From Polyangiales bacterium (lineage in GTDB: Bacteria; Myxococcota_A; Polyangia; Polyangiales; Polyangiaceae), in assembly GCA_038231275.1 (NCBI GenBank), contig JBBRLQ010000002.1:288001-352000 (forward strand): a stretch of 64,000 nucleotides of DNA, read 5' to 3'. Positions 20,765-32,575 of this stretch are shown here, piece by piece. Every line of letters starts with the position of its first letter. The first letter of the stretch is position 1. A program made the position numbers and the translations under genes. The notes beneath the pieces are model-generated. The model saw nothing but the letters and a program-made list of their open reading frames with translations. It ran no database searches and was not told the origin of the DNA.

Positions 20765-22719
20765 TGGGCGCGCTCGAGCTCTTGAACAAGCCTGGGTTGT
20801 GGCTGCTCGCGGGGCTCGGGCCGCTCGTGCTGCTCTACATCCTCAAGATCAAGCGCGAGCGCGTGCGCGTGCCGTCGACGTGGCTGTGGCAGGCCGCCAA
20901 GCGCGATCTGATGGCGAAGCACCCGTTCAAGCGGCTGATCGCCGAGCTCCCGTTGATCTTGCAGATCCTCGCGCTCGCGGCGCTGGCGTTCGCGCTCTCG
21001 CGGCCGGCGATGAGGGGCGGGCGCGTGCAAGGAGACCACGTCGCCATCGTCGTGGACACGAGCGCGTCGATGGGGACGCGGGTGGGCGAAGGGCCAGGGA
21101 CGCGCCTCGACGACGCCAAGGCGGCGGCCAAGGAGGTCGTCCTCGCGCTGGCGCCCGGCTCCGACGCGATCGTCATCGAGGCCGCTCGCGACGCGCGCCT
21201 CGTGACGCCGCTCGAGCGCGACGGGAAGCACCTGCGCGCCGCCGTCGAGCAGCTGGCTGCCCAAGACGTCGAAGGGGACCTCGGCGCCGCCGTCGCGCTC
21301 GCGGCCGATCGCCTGCGCGGTCTCGGAGGGACCAGGCGCATCGTGGTGCTGACCGACGGCGCGCTCGCGCGTTCGGCGCCCATCGCCGCGGCCGGAATTC
21401 CGACCGACGTTCGCACGGTGGGCGACGCGCAGGAGAACGCGGCGATCGTTCGAATGGACGTCCGCAGCGGCGTTGATCCGACGACGAAGCGTGAGCAAGC
21501 GCAGGTCTTCGTCATGCTCGAGAGCTTCGGCACGAAGCCGCGCGACCTCTTCGTCACCCTGGTCGTCGACGGCAAGACCGATCCGGTCGCATCTCGACGC
21601 GTGCTCGTAAAGCCCGGAGAGAAGGTGCCGGTCGTCCTCACGTTCGAGCCGAGTGCCATGGATCGCGGAGCCGGGCTTCTCGCGCAGCTCTCTCCCAAGG
21701 ACGCGCTCGCGGCGGACGACGTCGCGTACGGGCGTGTGCCCGCCGGTCAGCGCATGCCCGTGACGCTCGCCTCGCGCGCGCCGTACTCCTGGATGGCGCG
21801 CGCCCTCGACGCCGATCCGCAGGTGTCGCTCCAGCGCATCACCGTGGATCAGCTCGCGACCGTCAACGTCGATCCCGACGCGCTCGTGATCGTCGAGGGC
21901 GCGTGCCCTGCCGATGTCCCGGGTCACGACGTCGTGGTCGTGTCACCCCCCGAGGGCCGTTGCCTCGGGATCGACGTCGGCGCGGTGGTCGAGCAGCCGC
22001 AAGTCACGTCGTGGGAGGTGGGTGATCCGCGGCTTCGCTTCCTGACGATGGACGGCGTGCACGTCTCGCGCGCGCGTGGCCTCGCTGCACAAGGCGCCAC
22101 CGGCGCGCTCCTTCGTGCGGGGAAGACGACGCTGATGGCCGACGCATCGATCCCCGGGCGGAGCGCGACGATCCTCGGCTTCGACGTCGGCGACAGCGAT
22201 TGGCCGCTCAAGGCGTCCTTCGTCCTCTTCGCGCGAAACCTCGTCGAGCAGGCCCGAGTGCATCGGGCGCAAGGCGGCGCCGCGCCGGTGACGACCGGCG
22301 ATCCGCTCCGCGTGGCGGTGCCGGCAGGGGTGACGGCGGTGAAGGTCGAGGGGCCCGGAATGCCGGAGCGCGAGATCGCGGCGAAGGGCGGCTTCGCGAT
22401 CGTGCCGGCGGCGCCGCGCGCGGGACTCTACCGCGTGCGCTGGACCGCGCCGCGCGTCGGATCCGTGCTCATTCCCGCCAACTTGACGAGCGAGAAGGAG
22501 AGCGACGTCCGCGCGAAGCCGATCACGGTCGACGCGAGCGGCGGCGGCGGGGCGGCGATTCGCGCGCCGGAGCCGCACCGTGAGTGGGCGCCGTGGCTCG
22601 CGCTCTTCGCGGCGCTAGTGCTCGCGCTCGACGTCTGGTGGCTCACGCGTCGCGTGAAGGCGCCGTCGCCCGTCAAGGTCGGCGCAAAGATCGGCGCCAA
22701 GGCGGAGGCCAAGGCATGA
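20764..22719 (+). CDS. BatA-like N-terminal domain + VWA membrane protein
   Basis: LYILKIKRERVRVPSTWLW (BatA-like), MIDAS DTSASM, VLTDG, C-terminal TM with WW. Confidence 0.9.
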   Translation: MGALELLNKPGLWLLAGLGPLVLLYILKIKRERVRVPSTWLWQAAKRDLMAKHPFKRLIAELPLILQILALAALAFALSRPAMRGGRVQGDHVAIVVDTSASMGTRVGEGPGTRLDDAKAAAKEVVLALAPGSDAIVIEAARDARLVTPLERDGKHLRAAVEQLAAQDVEGDLGAAVALAADRLRGLGGTRRIVVLTDGALARSAPIAAAGIPTDVRTVGDAQENAAIVRMDVRSGVDPTTKREQAQVFVMLESFGTKPRDLFVTLVVDGKTDPVASRRVLVKPGEKVPVVLTFEPSAMDRGAGLLAQLSPKDALAADDVAYGRVPAGQRMPVTLASRAPYSWMARALDADPQVSLQRITVDQLATVNVDPDALVIVEGACPADVPGHDVVVVSPPEGRCLGIDVGAVVEQPQVTSWEVGDPRLRFLTMDGVHVSRARGLAAQGATGALLRAGKTTLMADASIPGRSATILGFDVGDSDWPLKASFVLFARNLVEQARVHRAQGGAAPVTTGDPLRVAVPAGVTAVKVEGPGMPEREIAAKGGFAIVPAAPRAGLYRVRWTAPRVGSVLIPANLTSEKESDVRAKPITVDASGGGGAAIRAPEPHREWAPWLALFAALVLALDVWWLTRRVKAPSPVKVGAKIGAKAEAKA

Positions 22720-25700
22720 GCCTCCCGTCGTTGCCGGTTCTTCAGGGCCTGCCTCCCCTTCCGCGGCTCCTCTATCTCGCGGGTTCGATCGTCGCGCTCG
22801 TCGTGACGGTGGCGATGCTCGTCCGCGCGCGCCGTCGCGACGGGCTGGGCGTGGCCACCGTGGTCGTCGCGCTCGGAGGCCTCGCGCCGCTGCTTTATCA
22901 AGGGCTCGTCCACGCGGAGCTCCTGAAGGAGACGTACGTCCGCTTCGGCGAGCCGCGCGCGCTCCTCGTGACCGCGGCCGCGGGGGCGTGGCTCGCGTGG
23001 CGCTTCACGATGCTCCCCGCGCGAATGAGCCGCGCGCGGCGCGCGTCGGTCGTGGCGCTCGCGTCGTTCGGCGTCCTCGGCGCGACGCTCGCCGCCGCCG
23101 AGCCCGAGCTGGGTCGGCCGCTGGATCGCATGACGGTGATTGTCGCTATCGATCGATCACGGTCGATCGACATGGTGCCGGGCGCCGACGCGCGCATCCG
23201 CGCCGAGCTCAAGGTCGCCGAGCGAGGCATGCGCCCCGACGATCGGGTGGGCACCGTCGTCTTCGGTGCCGAGGCCGCGACCGAGGATCCGCCGCGTCCG
23301 CGCTCCGATCTGCCCCCCCCGCAGCGTATCGAGGTCGGGCGCGACGGGACCGATCTCGAGGCTGCGATTCGCCGCGCCCTCGCCGAGCTCCCCGCCGACA
23401 CCGCCGGCCGCGTCGTCCTCCTCACGGACGGCGTTCAGACCCGCGGCGACGCGCTCGCCGCCGCAGCCACCGCGGTCGCCGCCGACGTCGCGATCGACGT
23501 GGTGATGCTCGAGCAAAAGGTCGTCCCAGACGTGCGCGTCGTCTCCGTCCGCGCGCCGGCGCGCGCCGACGAAGGGGAAGCTCTCGATCTCCGCGTCGTG
23601 ACGAGCAGCGCGATCGCCACCGACGTCGAGGTGCGCGTGAAGCGCGACGGCGAGCTACTCCACTCCGCGCGCGCGAAGATCCAGGCGGGTGAGGACGTCC
23701 TCCGCGTGCGCGAGACCGCCGCGTCGCCGGGCCTCCATCGATACGACGTCGAGGTCACTGCGCTCGATGCCGCCGCCGACGGCGCGCCCGAGGACAACGC
23801 CGGCAGCGCGTTCGTGCGCGTGCATGGCCCATCGCTGGCGCTCGTGCTCGAGGGAGACACAGGAAAGGGCTCCTCCCTCGCGCGCGCGCTCCAGGCGAGC
23901 GGCTTCCTCACCGAAGAGAGGAGCACCACCGGCGTCCCCTCGGACGTCGGAGGCCTCGCGGGGTTCGATCTCGTCGTCCTGAGCGACGTACGCGCAAGCG
24001 ATCTCGCGCCCATCCAGATCGACGCCCTCGCGAGCTACACGCGCGACCTCGGCGGCGGCCTCATCCTCATGGGCGGCGATCGATCGATGGGCCCCGGCGG
24101 CTACGCGCGCACGCCGATCGAAGAGGTGAGCCCCGTCGGCTTCGATCTCAAGAAAGAGAAGAGGCGCGCTTCGCTCGCCGAGGTGATCGCGATCGACTAC
24201 TCCGGCTCGATGTCGGCGACGGTTGGCGGGCAGACCAAGCTCGCGCTCGCCAACGAGGCGGCCGCCCGCAGCGCGTCGCTCCTCGGCCCCGGCGATCGCC
24301 TGGGCATCGAGCACGTCGACGATCGCGTCGCGTGGACGATCCCGCTCGGGCCGGTCACCGATGCGACGGAGATCGGCAAGAAGGTGCGCGCGGTCGCGGT
24401 GGGAGGCGGCGGGATCTACACGGACATCGCGCTCAAGGCCGGGTACTCCGCGCTCGAGAAGGAGACGGTGAACCTGAAGCACCTGCTCCTCTTCGCCGAC
24501 GGCGCCGACGCCGAGCAGATCGCGGGCTGCCGCTTCCTCGTCGGCGAGGCGCTCAAGCGCGGCATCACGACGAGCGTGATCTCGCTCGGGCGCGGCAGCG
24601 ACACCCCCGAGCTCGAGGTGCTGTCGAAGCTCGGCGGAGGCCGATTCTACCTCATCGACGACGCCACCAAGCTGCCCGCGGTGTTCACGCAAGAGACGAT
24701 CCTCGCCGCGCGGAGCGCGATCCACGAGAACCCGTTCCGCGTGAGCCTCGGCGCGCCCGGTGAGCCGACGCGTGCCGTCGATTTCGCGAAGGCACCGGAG
24801 CTGAAGGGCTACGTCGTCGCGGTCGCCAAGCCGCGTGCGACGGTGCTGCTCGGCGGGCCGGAGGGCGATCCGGTGATGGCGACGTGGTCGGTCGGCATCG
24901 GGCGGAGCGCGGCGTTCACCAGCGACTTCAAGGATCGCTGGGGGGCCGGATGGCTCGCGTGGCCCGGCGCCGTGAAGCTGATGGGGCAACTGGGACGAGA
25001 CACCGCGCGGCGGAGCGACGATCCGCGCGTGCGCCTGGAGGCCGACGCGCAGGGCGGCGTACTGTCCGTTCGCGCGGACGTGGTCGGCGACGATGGGCGC
25101 GCGCAGACGTTCCGCCGGCTCACGGTGCATGTCGCCGGGCCGGACGGGTTCTCGCGCGACGTACCTCTCGAGGCGGTGGGCGCGGGGCGGTATGCGGCGA
25201 CTGTACCGCTGTCGCGCCCGGGAACCTACGTGGCAGCGGCGAAGGACGAGGTCACAGGGCAGGCCGTCGGGACGACCGGCGCGGTGCTCGGCGCCGGCGA
25301 GGAGCTGCGGCCGACCGGGAGCGATCGCGTGCTCCTCGCGCGCGTCGCGCAGATGACCGGCGGAAAGGTGAGAGACACGCTCGCTGGGATTTACGACGAG
25401 CGCGCGTCACGAAGGTTCGCGTACACCCCGATGGGGCCTCTCCTCGTGCTCGCCGCCGCGCTCGCCATGCTCGCGGGCGTCGCCGCGCGGCGCCTCGGGA
25501 CGCCCGCGTTCTTGAAGGCCGCGGCCGCGCGCGCCCGTGCCGCCGCGAGCGTCCCCGCGGAGCGGCGCGCGGTCCGGGACGCCGACGCCGCGCGCGCAAG
25601 GGAGAGGGCCGACGAGCAAGCTCGTACGAACGCGGCGCTTCTCGATCGAAAGCGCGCCGCTGCGCCGACGGCAGGTCACGCGGGGACGGGCCTGCTCGAT

Positions 25701-25859
25701 CGCGCGCCGCCGCCGCATGCTGGCGCTCCGCCGATCGTCCCTCGCGGTGCCCCGCCGCCGAACGCCGGCGCGCCGCCCGTCGGATCTCAGCCTGGTCCGG
25801 TCGAACGCCCGCTCACCGCCGCCGAACGCCTAGCGCAGCGTCGCCGCGAACGAAAATAG
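22716..25859 (+). CDS. Large membrane protein with two VWA domains flanking a GATase-like domain
   Basis: DRSRS and DYSGSM MIDAS motifs; LLTDG/LFADG; FDLVVLSDV..GGGLILMGG..GPGGY; N- and C-terminal TMs. Confidence 0.88.
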   Translation: MSLPSLPVLQGLPPLPRLLYLAGSIVALVVTVAMLVRARRRDGLGVATVVVALGGLAPLLYQGLVHAELLKETYVRFGEPRALLVTAAAGAWLAWRFTMLPARMSRARRASVVALASFGVLGATLAAAEPELGRPLDRMTVIVAIDRSRSIDMVPGADARIRAELKVAERGMRPDDRVGTVVFGAEAATEDPPRPRSDLPPPQRIEVGRDGTDLEAAIRRALAELPADTAGRVVLLTDGVQTRGDALAAAATAVAADVAIDVVMLEQKVVPDVRVVSVRAPARADEGEALDLRVVTSSAIATDVEVRVKRDGELLHSARAKIQAGEDVLRVRETAASPGLHRYDVEVTALDAAADGAPEDNAGSAFVRVHGPSLALVLEGDTGKGSSLARALQASGFLTEERSTTGVPSDVGGLAGFDLVVLSDVRASDLAPIQIDALASYTRDLGGGLILMGGDRSMGPGGYARTPIEEVSPVGFDLKKEKRRASLAEVIAIDYSGSMSATVGGQTKLALANEAAARSASLLGPGDRLGIEHVDDRVAWTIPLGPVTDATEIGKKVRAVAVGGGGIYTDIALKAGYSALEKETVNLKHLLLFADGADAEQIAGCRFLVGEALKRGITTSVISLGRGSDTPELEVLSKLGGGRFYLIDDATKLPAVFTQETILAARSAIHENPFRVSLGAPGEPTRAVDFAKAPELKGYVVAVAKPRATVLLGGPEGDPVMATWSVGIGRSAAFTSDFKDRWGAGWLAWPGAVKLMGQLGRDTARRSDDPRVRLEADAQGGVLSVRADVVGDDGRAQTFRRLTVHVAGPDGFSRDVPLEAVGAGRYAATVPLSRPGTYVAAAKDEVTGQAVGTTGAVLGAGEELRPTGSDRVLLARVAQMTGGKVRDTLAGIYDERASRRFAYTPMGPLLVLAAALAMLAGVAARRLGTPAFLKAAAARARAAASVPAERRAVRDADAARARERADEQARTNAALLDRKRAAAPTAGHAGTGLLDRAPPPHAGAPPIVPRGAPPPNAGAPPVGSQPGPVERPLTAAERLAQRRRERK

Positions 25860-26899
25860 ACGCCTCCGGCAACAGCGAACGCGAGCGCGAAGGCGCCGAG
25901 GCCGCCGCTCGCGTCTCCCGGAGCCGCCGCGCATCCGCGCTTCACCGGAGGATCGCTCTGGCACTCCGACGTGAAGCCGTGGCGCGGCGTCGGATCGCAC
26001 GCGGTGCTCCCGACGTGTCCGGTCGCGGCGACCGACACATCCACTGTGCGCGTTCCGTCCGGCGGATAGATCGCGCAGATCGCCGCCACGTCCTCGAGCC
26101 CGATGGTGCGCTTTCGGATGTCGTGCCCCTCGTCGCTCAGGAACATCACGCTCGCCTTGGAGGGCGCGTGCGCGATTCCGAAGATGTGGCCGATCTCGTG
26201 GGTGACCACCGATTGAAGGTCGAACGTGTTCCCGTCGAGGACGTCCTGGTCGGTGAGCGGCACGATCTTGTGCTGCCCGCTGTTCAGCTCCATGTCCGCG
26301 TCGAAAATCTCGCCGGTGTCCGGATCGAAGGTGACCGTGGTGAGCGCGATCGTCGGGGAGGTCCCGTCAGGGAGCAAGTCGTCGGCCTTTTCGTGGTGCG
26401 GCCAGGCGTCGTCGTGGAAGACGATGATGTTCTGATTGGCCGCGACCTTGTTGTACCCGTTGCGATCGCACGCGACCGGGCCGAGGTAGCGCGCGTCGAT
26501 GCTGGGGTGGCTCGTCCCCTGCCCGTTCGTCGCGCACGCGCGCGCGGTCCACGCCTCGAAGCCGGACTCGAGCGCCGCGCGCGCCTCGTCGAACGAGACG
26601 TGACGACCGCCGTCTTTTTGTAGCGACCACCCGACGCAGCCGCTCCGCCACCATAGCGGCACGTCGCGCACGCCGGCGGCGCCGCACGTCTGCGGCCACC
26701 CTTCGGGCTCGCAGAAGCCGTTGACGGGGAAGTTCTTGGGCGCCGGGCACGTGGTCGAGCGGCAAAATCCGGCGCCCGCGGTGGCGGCGGCCTGGTCGGT
26801 CTTGATGACCTCGTTCCCGCCGGACGACGACGAGCACCCCGCCCACGCGAGCGCGCAAGCGGCGACGCCGGCGAAGACGAAGGGGCGGCGCGCGCGCAT
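25787..26899 (-). CDS. Matrixin-family (M10) zinc metalloprotease with MYXO-CTERM-like tail
   Basis: HEIGHIFGIAH zinc motif, SVM Met-turn, DADMELN; C-terminal GC..hydrophobic..RSRRR. Confidence 0.88.
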   Translation of the reverse strand: MRARRPFVFAGVAACALAWAGCSSSSGGNEVIKTDQAAATAGAGFCRSTTCPAPKNFPVNGFCEPEGWPQTCGAAGVRDVPLWWRSGCVGWSLQKDGGRHVSFDEARAALESGFEAWTARACATNGQGTSHPSIDARYLGPVACDRNGYNKVAANQNIIVFHDDAWPHHEKADDLLPDGTSPTIALTTVTFDPDTGEIFDADMELNSGQHKIVPLTDQDVLDGNTFDLQSVVTHEIGHIFGIAHAPSKASVMFLSDEGHDIRKRTIGLEDVAAICAIYPPDGTRTVDVSVAATGHVGSTACDPTPRHGFTSECQSDPPVKRGCAAAPGDASGGLGAFALAFAVAGGVYFRSRRRCARRSAAVSGRSTGPG

Positions 26900-26958
26900 G
26901 CAGCCCCAGAGATACCACCCGCCCGAGGCCGCGCAAACGCGCGGGCGAAATCAGGGCT

Positions 26959-28308
26959 TCAGCGCGCGAGCGCGATGACGATGGCGAGCCCGCCGCCGAC
27001 GAACAGCGCCACGACGCCCACGATCACCGGAATGATCCAGGGTGGACGGCCTTGCGGGATGCCGGCCGGCATGTCGTCCATGTACTGCGCCGAACGGACC
27101 GCCTGGAAGGCCTGGTCCATGTTCTGCCCCGCGTGCTGCGCGCCGCCGTGCTGCTGCGGATAGCCCCCGGGGTTCTGCATCGTGCGATCTTGCGGAGGGC
27201 TTGCGGCGAACGGGTCGGCCGCGGCTTCGAGCGCGCGCGGCGGTCCTGCCGCCATGGCGCGGGGCAGTGACTCCGCGAGCTGGCGCTGCAGCTCGGGCTG
27301 CGGCGTCGTCGCCCATAGACGATGATCGCCCGCGAGGCCATACGCGCGACCCACGGCGTCCGCGAGGGCGCCGACCGTCCGCGTGCGGATGTTCGGGTTC
27401 TTCGCGAGCGCCTCTTCCATCACGTGATCCATCGCCGGCGGTACCGGGAACTTGGCGCCCCGCTGCCGAGCCTTCTCGCTCGGCGGCTCAGGCTCCTTCG
27501 TCATGATCGCGAGGAGGATCGACGGGCCGTTGTTTCCTTCGAACGGCACCGTTCCGGTGAGGCACTCGTAGGTGATCGCCGCGAGCGCGAACACGTCGGC
27601 GCGCGCGTCGAGCGTGTCGAGCCCCTGCGCTTGCTCCGGCGCCATGTAGAACGGCGAGCCGATCGTGGTGCCGAGCACCGTCAGCTTCTTCGCGTCCTTG
27701 TTTTTGTCTTTGACCGATCCGAAGTCGAGGATCTTCGCGTAGTCGCCTTCGCGCGAACCGCAGAGGAAGAGGTTGTCCGGCTTAAGATCGCGGTGCACGA
27801 AGTTCTTCGCGTGCGCTTCGTCGAGGCCGACGGCGACCTGCGAGAGCATGCGCAGGACGCGCTCGGGCGCGATCGACTTCTCGCGTTTGATGACGAGGCG
27901 CAGCTCCTCGCCGTCGAGGAACTCCATCACCAGCATGTAGACGTTCAGCGTCGGATCACGCTGAAAATCGAGGACATTCACGATGTAGTCGTGAGGCAGC
28001 GACGCCGACAGCTCGTACTCGCGCTTGAAGCGCTCGACGGCGACCTCGTCGCGCGAGACGTCGTCGTGGAGCACCTTGATGGCGATCCGCGTGTTCGTCT
28101 GCTTGTCGATTCCCTCGTAGACGCGCCCCATGCCGCCGTCGGCGACGACACGACGCACCTCGTACCGGTTGCAGAGGCGCGCACCGATGCGCACGTCGTC
28201 CGTCGACGCCACCGGCACCATGCTGGCGGTGATGAGGCCCGTCCCGTCCGCCGGGCAAAAACCCGCGTCGTCCGGATAAACCCTCTTGCACGTGGGACAG
28301 CTCTTCAA
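26959..28308 (-). CDS. Ser/Thr protein kinase with N-terminal zinc ribbon and C-terminal TM
   Basis: CPTC...FCPADG; GGMGRVY, IAIK, HRDLKPDN, DFG, GSPFYMAPEQ. Confidence 0.93.
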   Translation of the reverse strand: MKSCPTCKRVYPDDAGFCPADGTGLITASMVPVASTDDVRIGARLCNRYEVRRVVADGGMGRVYEGIDKQTNTRIAIKVLHDDVSRDEVAVERFKREYELSASLPHDYIVNVLDFQRDPTLNVYMLVMEFLDGEELRLVIKREKSIAPERVLRMLSQVAVGLDEAHAKNFVHRDLKPDNLFLCGSREGDYAKILDFGSVKDKNKDAKKLTVLGTTIGSPFYMAPEQAQGLDTLDARADVFALAAITYECLTGTVPFEGNNGPSILLAIMTKEPEPPSEKARQRGAKFPVPPAMDHVMEEALAKNPNIRTRTVGALADAVGRAYGLAGDHRLWATTPQPELQRQLAESLPRAMAAGPPRALEAAADPFAASPPQDRTMQNPGGYPQQHGGAQHAGQNMDQAFQAVRSAQYMDDMPAGIPQGRPPWIIPVIVGVVALFVGGGLAIVIALAR

Positions 28309-28348
28309 CGGGTCGCTCCCCTCCTGACGAAACTCCGTCGCACGTGCC

Positions 28349-29083
28349 TCAGTGCTCCGCCTCTTGCCCCGCGGTCGGAGGCACGAAGTAGATGAGGCGC
28401 TGGCAGGACTGGCACTGCTCGATGAGCGGCTCGCGGCGCAGGCGGTGATAGAGCTGCGGCGGGAGCGCCATGTTGCACATGTTGCATGTCCCGTCGCGCG
28501 TCTGGGCGATGCCGACTCCGCGGCGACCGCGGATCGTCTCGTAGCGGCGGTAGACGACAGGAGGCAGCGACTTGGCGACCTGATCGCGCGCTTTTTGCCG
28601 CTCGACGCGCTGCGACCCGACGCTCCCCAGCTTCTGGGTAATCGCGCCTTCGCTGGAACCGAGCTCCGCCTCGAGCTTCTTGATCTCCCCCTCGGTGCCC
28701 TCGAGGGACAGGCGCAGCGCGTCGCCCTCGGTGGTCAGCCGGCCGATCTCGTCCTCGCGGTCGCGCAGGAGCTTTCGGAGCTCCTCGACCTCGCGCTGGG
28801 CGGCGTTCGACTCCCGCTCGGTGCGCGAGCGATTCAGCTTGTCGCGCGAGTGCTCGACCTGCTGCATCATCGTTCGGACGTCGATGATGAACTCGTTGCG
28901 GTTCTTCTCGTTCGCGTCGAGGGCAGTCTTTCCCTCTCCGCGCTTGTCTTCGAGCTTCTTCAGGCTCGCCTTGAGCGTGGTCAGGGTCGATCTGTCGCCC
29001 GTGAGCTCCTCGTCCATCGTCTTGAGCTCTGCGTCGATACGAGCAAGCTCTTCCAAGATCTTGATCTGCTCCGGAATGGTCAA
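28349..29083 (-). CDS. Coiled-coil C4 zinc-ribbon protein (DUF164/CT398-like)
   Basis: Long coiled coil followed by CNMC...CQSCQRLIY. Confidence 0.9.
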   Translation of the reverse strand: MTIPEQIKILEELARIDAELKTMDEELTGDRSTLTTLKASLKKLEDKRGEGKTALDANEKNRNEFIIDVRTMMQQVEHSRDKLNRSRTERESNAAQREVEELRKLLRDREDEIGRLTTEGDALRLSLEGTEGEIKKLEAELGSSEGAITQKLGSVGSQRVERQKARDQVAKSLPPVVYRRYETIRGRRGVGIAQTRDGTCNMCNMALPPQLYHRLRREPLIEQCQSCQRLIYFVPPTAGQEAEH

Positions 29084-29141
29084 CGTGAACTCCTTGCAGC
29101 GACTTTCTTCCGTGCCTTCGTACGTGAGGGAGTGAGCCGGG

Positions 29142-29215
29142 TGGGCCCACCTGGGTTCGAACCAGGAACGGCCCGGTTATGAGCCGGGGGCTCTGACCGA
29201 TTGAGCTATAGGCCC
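29142..29215 (-). tRNA. tRNA with CAT anticodon, most likely tRNA-Ile2 (lysidine); CCA not encoded
   Basis: Reverse strand GGGCCTATAGCTCAATCGGTCAGAGCCCCCGGCTCATAACCGGGCCGTTCCTGGTTCGAACCCAGGTGGGCCCA; G1:C72 is paired and there is no GGG/CCC initiator stem. Confidence 0.93.
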
Positions 29216-29288
29216 GGGTACGTTCCTTGATCGGGAGGGCACGGCGAAAACGTAGTCCAACCACGGCGGGGAAGGAAGAGGGGCCCGA

Positions 29289-30530
29289 TCATTGCTTTCG
29301 TTCGGAGGGCGAGACGGGCGCTCGCGGCGCGTCGAAACAGCGGAAAACGCCGAGCGGTCTGGCGGAATCTCTGGGGAATCCGGCGAGGATTCGATCGCCC
29401 ACGGCGGCCAGCGGCCGGACACTGTCGAGGTCCGGCTCCATACTCTCGCGGCTGCCGGGGGCGACCGGGAGGAGGCGCGCGTGCTCGGCGAGGTCGACGA
29501 AGAGCGCGCGCGCGCCGAGCAAATCGGGGACGCCGCGGCCCGCTCCCCGCTCTGCGATGACGCGCACGGAGGTCTCCGCGCCGCGAAGCGTCACGAGGAC
29601 GAGGCGCGAACCTTCGCCGTCGGCCGGCTGCTCGTCGTCCTTTACGAGGAGGTCGACGCCGTCTCCGCTCGCGAGCATGTCGAACGAGTCCACGCGCGTG
29701 CCTGCCTTCGTCACGCGCGACGGCGCGCCGACGAGCGCTCCCTTCGTATCGAGCTGCGCGATCTCGAGCCATGTGGTGTGGCGCTTCTCGCCGGGACCTT
29801 CGAGCTCGGGCTCGGCGTCGCGTTCGGATTCCGGCTTCTTCGCGAGCCACGCGATCCAATAGCCGCCCGGTCGCGTGGCGAGGCGCGGCGAGTCGACATC
29901 GCTCGCTTCGGGGGACACGACGCGCGCCGCTGCGCCGGCGACGATCGGCAGGGCCGCGACCTTGACGATGCCACGCGGCGCACCGACGGCGTCCTCGTCC
30001 CACGCAACGAGACCCTCCGCGCCCTCGGCGACGGCGTCGAACGCGAACGATCCGTCCTTCTGTTGCGAAATTTTCGCGCCGTCGATCGCGAGCTCGCGCG
30101 CGTCCTTCGAAGGGACGTACATCGCGAGGACCGCCTTGCCCGCGAGGAAGATCACCTTCGGCGGAGGTGCGTCGACGGCCAGCTCCCCTGCCCCTTCTAC
30201 CGTGGCGACCGTCAGCACGTCGGCGTCGCGCGTGACGCTCACGAGCGCCGCCTCGCGCTTGCCGCCGACGTCGCGGGCCACCCCGACGAAGACGCGATCC
30301 TTGGTGACGAGCGCGTCGCCCATTTCGTAAGCGCCCGGCGGGAGGGCGAGCGGTGTGAAGTCTCCGCAACGCGCGGACAGAGGCGCCTTCGCGTCCTCGC
30401 CGGCGTCGTCGGCCTGTGCGCTCTCGGCGTCCGGCGCGCCGGGCACACCGCTCGGCTGACACCCCGTCCGCGCACGGACGACGAGCGCCACGACGCCGAG
30501 CCCCGCCGCCGACAGGAGGAGCACGCGCAT
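29289..30530 (-). CDS. Hypothetical exported protein (possible beta-propeller)
   Basis: N-terminal hydrophobic segment; repeated beta motifs (GLVAWDED, GYWIAWL); start reassigned to ATG 30530. Confidence 0.65.
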   Translation of the reverse strand: MRVLLLSAAGLGVVALVVRARTGCQPSGVPGAPDAESAQADDAGEDAKAPLSARCGDFTPLALPPGAYEMGDALVTKDRVFVGVARDVGGKREAALVSVTRDADVLTVATVEGAGELAVDAPPPKVIFLAGKAVLAMYVPSKDARELAIDGAKISQQKDGSFAFDAVAEGAEGLVAWDEDAVGAPRGIVKVAALPIVAGAAARVVSPEASDVDSPRLATRPGGYWIAWLAKKPESERDAEPELEGPGEKRHTTWLEIAQLDTKGALVGAPSRVTKAGTRVDSFDMLASGDGVDLLVKDDEQPADGEGSRLVLVTLRGAETSVRVIAERGAGRGVPDLLGARALFVDLAEHARLLPVAPGSRESMEPDLDSVRPLAAVGDRILAGFPRDSARPLGVFRCFDAPRAPVSPSERKQ

Positions 30531-30571
30531 CCCGCGGCGCTGCCCGCCCTCGCTGCGCCGGTCCTCGGACC

Positions 30572-32515
<1,944 letters not shown>

Positions 32516-32575
32516 CGGACAGGAAGGGTTACGGCCTCGGGCCGCCGAGCGCAAGCTGATGTAGGCTCCGTGGCC

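Noticed and set aside
29084-29290. tRNA as an integration site for a genomic island
   Set aside because: No integrase, no duplicated tRNA 3' end and no compositional shift seen in the window
32516-32575. SAM or cobalamin riboswitch upstream of yitJ
   Set aside because: The divergent gap is only 60 bp and has no recognisable aptamer motifs
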